From Podarcis filfolensis (Eukaryota), in NCBI GenBank assembly GCA_964270895.1, contig OZ185435.1: a stretch of 64,000 nt of DNA; one strand, given 5' to 3'. The position numbers and the translations under genes are program-made. The first letter of the stretch is position 1; every line of letters begins with the position of its first letter. The notes under the pieces were generated by a model, which saw only the letters and a list, made by a program, of their open reading frames with translations, did no database searches and was not told the origin of the DNA. Shown one piece after another: positions 1 through 12,515 of the stretch.

Positions 1-249
1 TTACATCAAGCACCAAACAATTCCAATTTCCATTCAAAATTGCCATACTACCACTGAAACACCTGGTGTCAGAATTAAGCAATTTCCCTCCTTGGATTTT
101 GCTTCTTTGAAAAAATGATATACAAATCAAAACTGGCATTGAAAAATACTATTTTTCAATTAATATTTGCACATTTTATGATTTGTGCACATGAAACTTT
201 TTGAGAAAACTAAGTGTTCTTTCTTTGGCTGCTAGGATTTAAAAAGCTC

Positions 250-463
250 TACTCCCCGTAGAGAGCTACAGTTTCCACAGTGGTTCAACCATCAGTCCCT
301 CTTCACAGGAAAATATGTAAATTGCACCTCTCTGTGGGGCATAAGGGGTCTCCTAACAACTCTCAACACCTTTAGCAAGCTACAGATCCCAAGATTCTTT
401 GGGGGAAACCATGGCTGCTTAAAGTGGTATAATAGTGCCTTAAATGTATGGTGTGAATGCAGG
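250..463. mobile_element. Fragment of palindromic squamate non-autonomous DNA element (MITE)
   Basis: Shares gagctacag / ctcctaacaactctcaacacc / tttgggggaaaccatgg / taaatgtatggtgtgaat blocks with the copy at 41195-41856. Confidence 0.65.
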
Positions 464-580
464 TTGGACCCTGCCAAGGGTGCAGGCACAGGGGGCACAA
501 AACTGGCTCAGAGTGGCTAGGAACCAGTCTATCCATTCCCTGGGCCGCTTCTTCGTTGCTCAGTTGAGAAATCCAGTTGC

Positions 581-1118
581 TGTCATGGGCTGTCCTAGCA
601 GCCCTGCAGGGGCTGTCCCCAGTGCTATGAGAAGTGTGAGCAGAGTGCTCAGTAGGGCTCGAAGGGAAGAAGATAGAGTGGGTGAGAGTTGCAGGAGGAG
701 GGAAAAGGAAGGAAGGGAGTAAGGAGACAGAAGGGTGGAGGGAGGCAGGCAGATGGACTGACAGAGGAAGAGGGGAAGGAGCAGAGCAGAGCAGACCTGA
801 CCTGACCCTACGCTGGTGGCTGTTGTCTAGGAAGTCACTGGTGGAGCGTGAAAGGTGATGAAAAGCAAACTTTCTGGTCCATGGTTTCTCCTGCTTTGGA
901 GGTGCCAATACCTCTCCTTGCCAAGGGAGCAAGGGAACCTAGGTATGTTTGGTCTTAGAAAAATCCTGTAGACCTTTGCAATAAATATGCAAAGGTCTGA
1001 TCTGCAGCCTGTACACTCAAATGTCTAAACATGGCTTATGCATTGCACTATACTTATGACTAAATCCATTCCTGATAGAGAAAGCATTATTTCCAAAAGC
1101 TGTTTCATACTTACGACA
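581..1118 (+). mobile_element. Candidate solo LTR (Gypsy-like)
   Basis: Begins TGTCATG, ends TACGACA (TG...CA with imperfect terminal IR), purine-rich body, AATAAA at 980. No matching TSD found. Confidence 0.35.
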
Positions 1119-2030
1119 TATACACATCCACCTGCATAATCCACATTCAAAAGTTTAGGAGGACTCTCTCAAATAATAATAGACAGAAAATCTGTACATG
1201 CCTGGAGTCATATTGGAGAGAAAGTGACAATGTTTTTTCCTTTCAGATTTCACTCTTGCTCCCACAAGCAGGGAGTCAAAAATATATAACTTGAGTAAGC
1301 TAAGACATGGGAAGAGAGACTCCCTGCCAAGGTAGTCAGAAAAGAGACTTAATGTTTAAATAAGGTCTGGTTTACACATTGGTTTGGATTCAGACTAAGT
1401 TAGCAATCAGGCTGAGCATGACTGGATTTCCATGATCTCTGTGCCAATTACAGCTGATGTCTTTGTTCCGAACTTCAGCCTTCTGACTTCTTTTGGAGGA
1501 AAGGGACTTTTAGTGTTTCCCACGGTATGGCACATGTCTCCCATGGAACTGGAGAACTGTAGCTCTGCTATTTCCTTTCAAGCAGAGAATATCATTGGCA
1601 CAGTGACAACAAACTGTATTCTGCCAAAAGCAGCTGAATTGCTTCTATTCCTCTGCTGGGTTGCTGGTCCCCTGGTGGATGAGTAAAGCTCTTTATTTTC
1701 CATTGGGGGATGTTCACAAAAATAGACACACACTCTTGAGGTACAGTACCGGAACTTACAAAGCAACTCCCACAATTTACCAGTGGTTGCAGTTTAATGC
1801 TAAGAAGTTATTTTGTATTCTTCTTGTGAGAGGAGATCAAAATACTTGGGGGCAGCTATGATAACAGCATGAAAACACACCACATGTTTAGACCAAGGCA
1901 TACAACAGAGGCATTTAACCATTACCCAATGCCAACAGAACACATTCATGTGAGTGAATGGCACAAAACAGAATGTGATTTTTGCCACTTCTCTTTCCTC
2001 ATATAGCCCCATCACGACAACTCTCCAGAC

Positions 2031-2346
2031 CAGGGATGAGAAAGAAATTTCAGTTCACATTTAAAAGTAAATCAACTTGATTCACACTTTCTGCAACAAT
2101 ACACAAACCGAAACATAGCCACCTTTTGAAATTCACATTTCTTTAAATTGTAGTTCTTCAGCTAAGCATTGTCTACACAATGTTTATATTAAGGTGAAAT
2201 GTGTATACAGATGCATATTTTGGGGAAAACATACAAAAATGCATTCTATTAGGGAAAATTGCTTTGCAGAAACATGTATGAATGTGAACTGATGTGGAAA
2301 TTAACTACAATTGGAAAAATGAAAAGCTGAAATTCATCTATTCCTG
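2031..2346. mobile_element. Old non-autonomous DNA transposon (hAT-like)
   Basis: cagggatgag...ctattcctg ends; related in opposite orientation to 17705-18125; flanks ctccagac/attaagac only partly match. Confidence 0.5.
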
Positions 2347-3149
2347 ATTAAGACCACCAAAAAGTCACAAAATCATTGAGTTCTCCAGAACTCTTCATCA
2401 GCCAAGATATTACAGAAAACAGGGAGTGGGAGGGGGGGAAAGCAGGAAAATCTAACTGAAAGAAATGAAACTGACAGATTGACCCATCCTTACTCCAAAG
2501 CAGTTATTTTAGGGGACTACAAAATGGGGTACAGGAAGAGGAAAGAATTACAAAAAACACACCCTCCTTGTTCCTCCAGCCAGATTTCTTTCCTGGACCA
2601 AAAAGCCTGCTGTAGACAGAATGAATCCTTTGCTTCATGGGAGGCAAAGTCTGGATCCTAGCCATGTGTCCAGTTAGCCAGAGGTTAGAAGAGAACCTTT
2701 TCCAAATGGAAAAAAGATGAGAGGCCAGTGGTTTCTTCTCAACTTTTATTTGCACTGTAGAACCAATGGCAATTTATATACCTGTGATTATATGTGGCCA
2801 TTTATTCTTTCTGCACATTTTTGTGGAAGCCTTCATTCAGTGACCTCTATTTATATGGAGAGGAAATGCAATTGACTTAATGGAGTCACTCTAAAGATAA
2901 ATTAGACCCCCATGTATCTCTGTTTGGGACTGAAGTCTACTTGGCAAGTACTATGCACATGGAAAATTAAATTCCAAATGGGAGATGTATGACTCATATC
3001 AATTTAAAACCCAGGCGAAAGTGGTAATTGCATGAATGATAACATTCTGCAATTACAAGTAATTACTCATAGGTAATTATAGATGTAACAAAGTTTGAAT
3101 GTCTTTAGAAAACAGAACAGTCTAAATTTTGCATTGGCTTTCCTTGTTC

Positions 3150-3625
3150 AGACAAGAGAAGTGTGGAAAGAGTGCCGAGGGGAGTATAGATTTCAAAGCG
3201 GCTAAATTCTTTGTATCAGTTTTCACTGTGGAAGATGCTGAAGCAATAACCACATATGAGCAATAGTTTTACATGAAAGCACTTGAGCAGCTATGTCAAG
3301 TGGAGAGGAATATTGATGTTTTAGAACTAATTGGCAAAATACAAATTAGCAAATAATTCAGGTTGGATAGCATTCACTTGAGAGTTCCTAAAGAACTCAG
3401 ATGTGAAATTGCTGATCTTTTAACAAATATATGAAATTTGGCATTAAAAACCAGCATCCTTAACAGAGGAACGGGGAGCAACCAATCTAACATCAATTTT
3501 TAAAACAGGGATCCAGAGGGGATCCAGGAAATTAGTGACTTCTTTGCCTACAATTTATCAGCCTAACTTCTGTCCCAGAAGTTTTACTTTCTAAATTGGT
3601 AGAAAGCCAACTATTAACAGCTCGC
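3150..3625 (+). mobile_element. Decayed CR1 LINE ORF2 fragment
   Basis: Degenerate translation: FFVSVFTVED ... IHLRVPKELRCEIADLL ... NLTSIFK.GSRGDPGN ... LSLTSVP, matching the CR1 pre-RT/RT motifs. Confidence 0.85.
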
Positions 3626-6600
3626 TTATTAAACATGTAAGCCAAAATCACATACACATATCCAAATGCTTTCATGATTGCTTGGGAAGCTTTCCCCTAC
3701 TCCAGTTAATGCATACATTCTGCCATTTGGAAGTTACGTTGTTCCTCGTTTAATTGCCACAGCATCAATCGCCACAGCAAGTAATGCAGAAGAAGACACT
3801 GCCCACACCTACCCTGACATTTTGGGCCATATTTCCTTGTGATTTGATGCAATCCATCACAGTGTGATTCATGACAGCCTTCCTGCATTACTTGCCAACA
3901 CATTTCATCATTATTCCTCTCATCTATCTGGCCTTTGGCAAAAGTTCTGACAAGGTCAAGGGGAAAGCCTTGTCAATTTCATGGATGACAACTTCCTGCT
4001 CTGAAAAGGAAGAGAAGCCTTGTGTATTTCACCCAATCAGAGTTGATTGATTCTGCCTTTCTGCCTGCTTCTCTCTTGACTCTGAAGTTCAGTGAAACTG
4101 GAGTGATGGCTAGCAAATTTTGGAGTTTTGGGAGGGGCAGCACTGTAGAAATAGCATTTGTGTTTTCTGTATTATTTATGCATCAAGCAAGCACAGCTTT
4201 AGCACACCTGTGTATTTTCTTTGTACCTGTACATACTTTTGGACACATTGTTCTTCCCCACAGCCAGTTTGTGAGAGCCTTCTGGCAATACAATCTTGGA
4301 ATGTCAGAAGGGGAGTACCATCTTTGAGGCCAGAGGGGCTGTGACCCACCAGAGTGCCTTCTTAACCATGTCATAGTGGCTTTGGAACAGCCCTCCAGGT
4401 TAGACTGGCACATATATTATCCATCAGTTGCCACCAGCTGAAGATCTACCTTTTCTGCCAGACATTTGACATTGTAGGGCCATCCCATATATGAGCTGCA
4501 TTGGCAGCTTTAGCTGTTGATTGTGTTTGTCTTGTCTTATTGGGTTTTAAGTTGCTGGTACCCATACTGAGATTTTTTTATGATGAAAGGTCAGTTAGAA
4601 ATTTTAAGAATAAATAAAATAAAATCCTGTACCACCTTCAGGGATCATCACTACCAAAATTACTAGCTTTTTCAAAAAATAAAAATAAATGTTCTTTGTA
4701 AGGTGAAACTGGAATTAATAAACTTCTTAGTTCAAAAATTTCCTTCCTTCCTTCCTTCTTTTAAGTGTGACCATGTAATTTGATTTTAATTATAGCGTTA
4801 ATTTTGTAACTATGCTCTACTTTAAGAATCTTTTTGACCGACAGGCAGACTATAAATTACTAATAAAATAAAATAGCTGCGCTAGCATTGTTTTGGACTT
4901 TTCAGGCAGGGAAGTGCATTAATGTATGCACAGTGCATTTCTCTCACTACTTAATAAGGAAGCCAGGTATTCCTTAGCCCTCTGGGGACCATATCTACTG
5001 AATCAGTAGTTCAAAATATCATCTGGGATTTTACTTGTAAAGAAATGCAGTTCTCTAAATGTCTTTCTTCAATTATCCCATATATAACTTAAAAATAATA
5101 CACAGGTAAATTCAGAAGTCCTCCTGGGCTCACAGTAAATGCTGAGCCAAATAACATCCCAGATTATTTTTCGATGGCAAAATGTTTTTGAAGTGGTGTA
5201 AATTTCAGGTGCGTGAGAAGAAATTCACATCAGAACTACATCAGAAGAAAATTGCTTAGGACTGCCCAGCTAGCCACTCCTTACAGTTGAGACAATTAAG
5301 AATAGTAAAAAGAAGCAAATTATTCTACTAATTCAGAGCAGCAGAGCCACAATCAGTTAAACTAATAATATTGTGTGTAATTGTAAGTTCATTGAGCTTA
5401 CAAGCCAACAAACCCATTTCTCTAGGACTGAATACAGTCAGCAAAGCATAGTGGTATGAAAGCATGCGTTTCCTAAAAGTGATCTTCAGGTTTTACAAAG
5501 TGCTCTTTGGGCTTTTCTGCTTCCTGCCAATTCTGTTTCCTGTGCTCACACTGTAAATAATAAAGCTGCAGTTGAAGGGATAGAGACCATTCTATTTAAA
5601 GAGGCACCAGGGGAATCCCTCACTGGCATCACTCATGCAGTCATAAAGACCCTGCTCATTGCTCTTGATCCCTTGTGGAGACATCTATCCATATAATTCC
5701 AATGCAAATACAGATGAAAGCATATCCAGTACGTTTTATGTGCTGACTAAAGCTTAAAAAAAAACTTTAAAGTTCATTCAGCTCACTGGTTTTTCCTAAT
5801 GCACAGTTTACAGATATTTAGCTATCATTGCCTGGGTCTCATTATAGCTATTCTAGGTGGTTTGCTTATTTAGAAGCTTTCTAACCTGGTCTTCATTAAA
5901 AATAACCCCAGGATGGGGTAACATTAAAGAAAAGCATAATAAAACATAAGTTATAGTCAGCAAATAAAACTTTTAAGGGTGGAATTCAACATTGTGCTAT
6001 GAATTGTGCATTTCAGCTTGACAGTTGGAACAACCCCCCTTCTCCTCTCCACATGTGCTGTTATGGGGGGTTCCCGAACCTCCCTGAGCCAATTTCAGGG
6101 GGTGCAGGGAGAGGAGAGGAGAGGAGAAGAAAGCTCCATTTTTCAAATCATTGCACAGGTTGTTAGGTACAGGTTGTTAGGTGACTTGCGCCCTAAGAGT
6201 TGGTGTATTTGCAGCTAGTTCTTGCAATGCAGCCAATCTCTTCTTGCGAGAAGTTGGCAGATGTATTGCCTAAGCCTAGCCAAACCATTCATTTTGCTAT
6301 ACTATTGACACAACTCAATGTGACATGCACAGGATGTGTTGGGCAAAGTAAGCAGGAAAAAACATGCACATAACCACGTACTTATCATGATGAATTCCAA
6401 CAATCGATAATGTTGGATTTCTTAGCATTAACAAAGTGATTAATAGCAATGGATAAGAGCTTTGCTGTTGCCAATGTCTTAGAATATTTGTTACTAATAA
6501 ACTCAGCACGGTCATTTCCTAAATCCTGGGTCATTTTTCTGTGTTCATGAGGTGTTCAGTACTCCTCTGTTTTTTTAATTTTATTTTTGCGGTTGACCCC

Positions 6601-7029
6601 AAACTTGGCTCAAGAGTTAATCCCACCCTGAGACAGCCAGATGGCGTCAGGGAGGCTCCTCTGCTTTCATTGTGACAGAAAGTAACAAGCACATAAAACA
6701 AGGTTACTTATACCTGGCACAAGTAAACAATAGCAATATGCATGTGGAAAGAAAATCAAACTGAATCCTACTGCTCTAGGTGTCTTCACCAAAGCAGAGT
6801 GGGTAGGCAAGATATACCTGACCTTAAATAAATTCAGAGTCACAAGCCCTGGTACTGACTGGGTGACTTGTTTTGCAGGGCTCGGAGCCACCAGCATACA
6901 GAAAACCCACCACTTGCCTCAATCACCTTGGATGGGTGACTCTACTCTGGTTCCAAGGATCACACTAGTCAGTACTCTTTGCCCCCCCCCTTAATTGTAT
7001 GAGAAAAAAGCCACTGGGACAGTCCAGAG

Positions 7030-7164
7030 CAGAGGTAGCCAATGTGATGCTCTCCAGATGTTTGACTACAACTCCCCTGACCCCTGACTGTTGATCATGC
7101 TGACTGGGGCTGATGGAAATCACATCTCAAAACATCTGGAGGGCACCACCTATTGCAGCCACTG
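7030..7164. mobile_element. hAT MITE with perfect 8-bp TSD GTCCAGAG
   Basis: TSD at 7022-7029 and 7165-7172; internal IR tccagatgtt...aacatctgga; related copies near 19954, 31557, 44910 and 58322. Confidence 0.85.
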
Positions 7165-8457
7165 GTCCAGAGCATTGGGGCCAATGAGGACATCAAAGTG
7201 CTAAAGTTCATGCATTTCCATGCTGCTCTCAAGAAGAGCACAAAAGAGTTGTGCCCTTCTCATTATTTCTTTCACGATATTTATATAGCACGTGGTTGTA
7301 ATAAACCCTCAATGTGGTTTACAAAAAGAGAGAGCCCTTCTTTAGGTAAGCCTCCCTTTAGCCCTCCAATACATTAGGATACCTTTCATTGTTCTTTCGT
7401 GCCTTTTCCCTCCCATTCATCCTGCACAGAAACTCCAGTTATTCCTGCTTAGGATACAGTGCCACTTCAACCATCTGTCAGTGCAGGGTAGGCAAAAAAA
7501 AGAAAAGAAAAGAAAAGAAAGACCTTCCCACCTTTTCAACCAATTGGGGAGCATAGCAAAACCTTTTTTTTTAAATTGGCCTACGTGTGTCAGCTGCCTC
7601 ATTCAACCCTATCAGAAGGCCAGATGTCATGGCACCAAAGCAGAAGCCCTGGAAGAAGAGTAGCTCTTTAAAATAGCACCCACACCAGCATCCCATTGGC
7701 GGGGGGGGGGGCAGATTCCTCCAGCAGATACCCTAGCCTCTATCCAAAGGATGAAGGAAAAGCTGCTTCTCTCTCTTTCATCCTTCTCCTCTCAGGGTAA
7801 GCTACAGAGTGCAGCACTTGCGTACATTTTGTTTCTCTGACATGGAAAAGCACTAATATTTACTGGACAGAATCTTTCCGCCTTTAGTTTGGATACTGGC
7901 CACGTTGCAGGCACTGTTTCTACTTGTGCTAGATTTATTCTCAAGAAAACAGCTTCCAAATATTAATTGGCAGGATCTTGTACTGTAGAGCAGTCTGGGT
8001 TTGCTTCTGACATGTTGTGCATGATCTCTTTCAATAAATATACACCAGACAGAGCTTATGCAATTGACACAAAATCTTGTGGCAGTCTCCCATTTAGAAC
8101 TTCACTGTAGATTATTTTTGCACTGTAATTATGATCCGCTTTCTTCACAATCCAGGCATATATTTCATAACCCTTTTCCCACCTCAACTGTCAGAAAGAT
8201 TTTTCATTTTTTTGAAATAAAAAAGCCCATTATCTGCCTCCATTCCTCAAACTCTTTTCCTGCAAAAGTTAGTACAGGCACTGGGATCTGCTCTATACCT
8301 TCCACTGTGAAGACAGATGCAAATAATTCATTCAGTTTCTCGGCAATCTCCTTGTCCCTAATTAGCACACTTTTACCTCCTTTGTCATCCAAGGGTCATA
8401 CACCCTCCCTAGAATGTGTTCTGCTGCAAATGTATTTAAATAACTTTCTGTTGTTGG

Positions 8458-8594
8458 CAGTGCTGTTTTTCTAGAAAAAGAGGTGCTGGAACTCACCATG
8501 AACGTCTCCCTTGTTCTGTTATAATGGCATTGGTATCCACCTGAGAGGTGCCGGGACTGAGTTCCACCGAGTTCCAGCTGAAAAAGAAGCACTG
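8458..8594. mobile_element. hAT MITE nested in CR1, TSD GTTGTTGG
   Basis: cagtgctgtttt...aaaaagaagcactg TIRs; identical 8-mers at 8450-8457 and 8595-8602. Confidence 0.9.
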
Positions 8595-9143
8595 GTTGTT
8601 GGTCTTAATGTTTTTAGCATTGCTTACTGTCTGCTTGCACTTTTGTGTGTTCTCTCCATTTGCATGAAGGAAGCATTCTTGCCTCTAATACCATGTTTTA
8701 TGCTGCTTGTTAAGCACATCAGCATCCTTTCAACTCTTGTGGTACCTTTTCTGATCTGTGCTATACACTCCAACTGAACTTCTAATATTGTGATTTTAAA
8801 CAACTCCCTGGCAGTTTTGACTATTTTGACTTTGCCTTTCAACTTCCTTTTTGCCATTCCTGTAAAGTCAAATGTGACCATGCTGGATTTTCTTGGTTAT
8901 TGGCTGTTTACATGTATGTTTAGTTCAATAGTGCTATGGTCACTGCTCCCAGTTGGCTCAACAACACTTATATTTCACAGTAGGTGCTTGATTCAGGGTC
9001 GCTTCCCCTCTGCTTCGTCCTATGATCAACTGTTCCAAGGTGCAGCCATTTAGAGTATCTAGAAATTTTACATCTTTGTCATGACTGGAACACATATGTA
9101 GCCAATCTATGTGAGGATAGTTGAAGTGACGCATGACTACAAC

Positions 9144-9290
9144 CAGTGCTTTTTTTCTTAAAAAAATGTTTAGGGGTACTCTTATTTTCCTGCTCATATT
9201 GAAATACTGCCCCTCTATGAGGCCAAACTTAGATTCACAAAATGTTTAGGGGTATGCATACCCCTGAGTCCCCCCAGAAAAAAAGCACTG
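9144..9290. mobile_element. hAT MITE nested in CR1, TSD ACTACAAC
   Basis: cagtgcttttttt...aaaaaaagcactg TIRs; identical 8-mers at 9136-9143 and 9291-9298. Confidence 0.92.
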
Positions 9291-10020
9291 ACTACAACAT
9301 TTCCTCTTTTGGATGCTATCTTGATTTCATTCCTCAGCTCAAGATCTCCCTGAGCATTTTGATCAAAGGGATGAGAACACATCCCCAGAACTAAACTATT
9401 ACTGGGGCCCGGTATCACCACCCACAACATGTCTACCTCTTGGGGATTTCTAGTTGACTGCCCAATGCCCTCTTTGATGTACAGAGTGACACCACCTACA
9501 GTACAGCTTCCCTATAATGAATATACAGAGATACCTAGCTGTTTCCCACTTGTTCTCTGCATTCCACCAGACATTCAGGTCCCAAGTTAGAGGTTTCCTA
9601 CCCTTGCTTTCAGTGGACAGTCTATATATCCATCTCTCTCAGACACCTTGTTCTTACTAATTCACCCACTTTATGGTGAAGAGGCAATCTTCTTAGCTGT
9701 TTTGCAATGGTACAAAGATGTTTCCTTGGTCCTTTCTTGCCCCTTAACAAAATATGTCAGCAATATCTATAGGTGTTTGTGCACAACTTTGGCACTACTG
9801 GTTTAATGAAATGCATGAATTCAACAATCCCCAAACTGCCCAGTAATTGTATGAAGAGAGAGTACACATGGATAATGATTGTAGAAAGTATTGAATGGGG
9901 AGTTGGAAGGGTAAATTATGAAGGGCTCAATAGGATGCAGGTTCATGCATACTTTAGATCAAGAGACCCGTGTCTTACAATCCTTCAGCGCCACTTTTCA
10001 AGTGGTTAGGTGGCAAATTT

Positions 10021-10022
<2 letters not shown>

Positions 10023-10064
<42 letters not shown>
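10023..10064. repeat. (AAT)14 microsatellite, tail of a minus-strand L2
   Basis: Seen directly; abuts tttatacccc, the L2 3' end in reverse. Confidence 0.95.
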
Positions 10065-10068
<4 letters not shown>

Positions 10069-10080
10069 TATTTATACCCC

Positions 10081-10326
10081 AGCCAGTGTGGTGTAGTGGT
10101 TAAGAGCGATAGACTCGTAATCTGGTGAACTGGATTCGCGTCCCTGCTCCTCCACATGCAGCTGCTGGGTGACCTTGTGCTAGTCACACTTCTTTGAAGT
10201 CTCTCAGCCCCACTCACCTCACAGAGTGTTTGTTGTGGGGGAGGAAGGGAAAGGAGAATGTTAGCCGCTTTGAGACTCCTTCGGGTAGTGATAAAGCGGG
10301 ATATCAAATCCAAACTCTTCTTCTTC
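10081..10326 (+). mobile_element. Young tRNA-derived SINE (lacertid Squam3-like) with (TTC)n tail
   Basis: A-box-like tggtgtagtggttaaga, B-box-like ggattcgcgtcc, MIR/L2-like body ctgggtgaccttg...ctctcagccccactcacctcacag, ends ctcttcttcttc. Confidence 0.9.
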
Positions 10327-10415
10327 TGGGCTTCCCCAGCCACTCCGGGTGGCTTCCAACAAAATATTAAAATAACGTAATGCATCAAACATTAAAAGCT
10401 TCCTTAAACAGGGAT
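10327..10415 (-). mobile_element. L2 LINE 3' end, split by the SINE
   Basis: tgggcttccccagccactccgggtggcttcc is the reverse complement of the L2 end at 38700-38750. Confidence 0.85.
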
Positions 10416-11980
10416 TTCCTTGTTTGATGCACAAAATCGACAAAAAAAATGTAAGTTGGCTACCCAGATATATAAGCTACTTCTTGTGCTAGTTTTCCAA
10501 GTGCATGTTCAGAAATACATGGGGTACATGTATTTTGTAAGTTGAGAAATGTTTCGTTTAACTTTGCCCTGGAAACAAGGTGATCAAATACATACCATTA
10601 AGTTAAAATTACAGTTTCTGATCTTCATAATGGATTTGTAGTATGCAAAACTGGTATTAAAAAGTAATGTGTGTATTGGCCTTAAGGCAGGGGCCAACAT
10701 CAGTATCAAGGCAGCATGTGTACCTAGCAGAAATTATGGCTTTTAAAAACAAAACAACAACCACAACTCTGTACCAAAGCCTACTTCTGACTATTATTTT
10801 GAAAAGTAGCCTGCCATGTGATTCTGAAGGAGGGTGTGCTGTGCCTTTCTCTGGATCATGAACAGAAGTTTTAAGACGTGTGGCTTTTAATCTGGTAGAA
10901 AGCAACATCTCAGAGGTTGAATACATATGACTTAACTTTGAAGTTAAGTGATAACTTTCTGTACTGGACTCACAGTACTATTACATACCAGGCCATCTGA
11001 CTCAAGCATTCACCCACATTGTGAAGAGAATTGTACCACTATCCTATTTCTCTGATTGGGTGCAGATTTGTAGTATGATTCTCTTTTCTCCATGTGGTTG
11101 CATCCTTGAGATGAATGGTGCCACATGTGGCTTACATTGCCCATATCACCCCCAGAGAAAGCTAATTTGGCTTCTGCTTTACTCAGCCAGGGCCTACTAT
11201 AGTCTATATTTATCCCCCTGCAGAACACACAGTGTTTACAAGTTTTAACTGATGGAATGTATTAAAATTAAAGTTGTTTTCCCTTCTGTTTTTGATAGAT
11301 GGAAAACCTGTTTGGCCTAATAAATTGTACGTCTTGTGATTATACAACACCCCAAGCTCTCAGTATGGGACTTGTGGTGCATTTGAATAATAAATGAATG
11401 CATATGCTATTTCCCTTGACATTCTTGTCTTGCTTTTTTTCTGTTGCAGGTAGCTACATGCTAAATTGATCCTCCTTACTTCCTTTTCTTGCAAATTCTC
11501 TCATTAAATTAAATAGTCTGAAAGGAGCACCCATTAAACATTCATTCCTTATTAACTAAGTGGTCTAAAATGGAGGCCTCTGAATGCCTCCATAATTAAT
11601 TGTGTAAAGCTGGAAACCAAGTTAACAGGGAGCAAAACAGTATTATTTGGAAACATTCTACAATTAACTGGAAAGCTATTTACTGAGGACCGCAGAAGCG
11701 GAAATACTTTTCCTATTCTGCAAAGACCATTAAAAGAAAGCCCCAGAGGTGGAAAAAGTATTCTAGGTCCCCCCTGCCCCTTAAAAAAGCAAACAAAGCC
11801 TAAACTTTGGATGTGGCCATTTTGGTTAGCTCATTTTTGGAAGCAATATCGTAAGGGAACTTTAAATAAAGTATCTGTTGTAGGCTTGGCTTAGGCAACT
11901 GAAGATGGGGTTAAATATCTATTATATTTAATTAATATAATAATTATAAATATAATACATATAAAAGATAATATAATTAT

Positions 11981-12035
11981 ATAACATAACATAACATAAC
12001 ATAATATAATATAATAATATAATATAATAATATAA
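11981..12035. repeat. (ATAAC)n/(ATAAT)n pentanucleotide repeat in an AT-rich patch
   Basis: Seen directly. Confidence 0.9.
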
Positions 12036-12338
12036 AATGTTGCAATTTCTTCTGCACTCAGTCTTCACCTCATGGTTTTAACTCAGGAATTTTGCAGTGG
12101 TATAACACCGCCCTGCCTCCAGTTTGGACTTAATGACTGATTTCACAGTATGGGAAAACCATCAGGGTTCACATCCACACAATAATGGAGCAATACATGA
12201 AATGTGTGTTTACAAAAAATAAAAATCATTTGTAAAATTTCCTACACTTGACTGATTGTCCCCCTAAACTTGGGGAAAATTAAGGAAAATCTGTAGTAGA
12301 TACATAAATTTAATATTGTATATTGTTGGGGTGGGTGA

Positions 12339-12432
12339 CATAGCTGTCAACTTTTCCCTTTTCTTGCGAGGAATCCTATTCGGAATAAGGGAATTTCCCT
12401 TAAAAAAAAAAAGGGAAACGTTGACAGCTATG
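12339..12432. mobile_element. 94-bp hAT MITE, TSD GTGGGTGA
   Basis: TIRs catagctgtcaac...gttgacagctatg (13 bp perfect, longer with mismatches); TSD at 12331-12338 and 12433-12440. Confidence 0.92.
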
Positions 12433-12515
12433 GTGGGTGAAGGCATTAAGGAAAAAACCAATTCATGGCATTGAGAGAAAGAAAAAAGCACCCTGGAGGC
12501 TACAATCCTATACAC

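Larger units (their letters stand above)
8065..9760 (-). mobile_element. Internally deleted CR1 LINE (endonuclease region joined to 3' end)
   Basis: Minus-strand peptides KVGEL, LWVVIPGPSNSLVLGMCSHP, VVMRHFNYPHIDW, KRKLKGKVK, DKEIAEKLNELFASVFTVE, then directly CR1 3'-end-like sequence (8065-8200); RT core absent. Confidence 0.9.

Noticed and set aside
372-932. 186-aa minus-strand ORF
   Set aside because: Low-complexity Pro/Ser/Leu arising from the reverse of a purine-rich tract, overlapping MITE and LTR-like DNA; no recognisable domain.
1432-1686. 84-aa ORF with a hydrophobic end
   Set aside because: No recognisable homology, no clear splice signals; length expected by chance.
3690-4440. 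Cluster of overlapping 65-101 aa ORFs, possible fossil transposase
   Set aside because: I translated the minus-strand frames and found no diagnostic DDE, RT or zinc-finger motif.
8204-9430. Several protein-like ORFs
   Set aside because: All are pieces of the decayed CR1 ORF2, not host genes.
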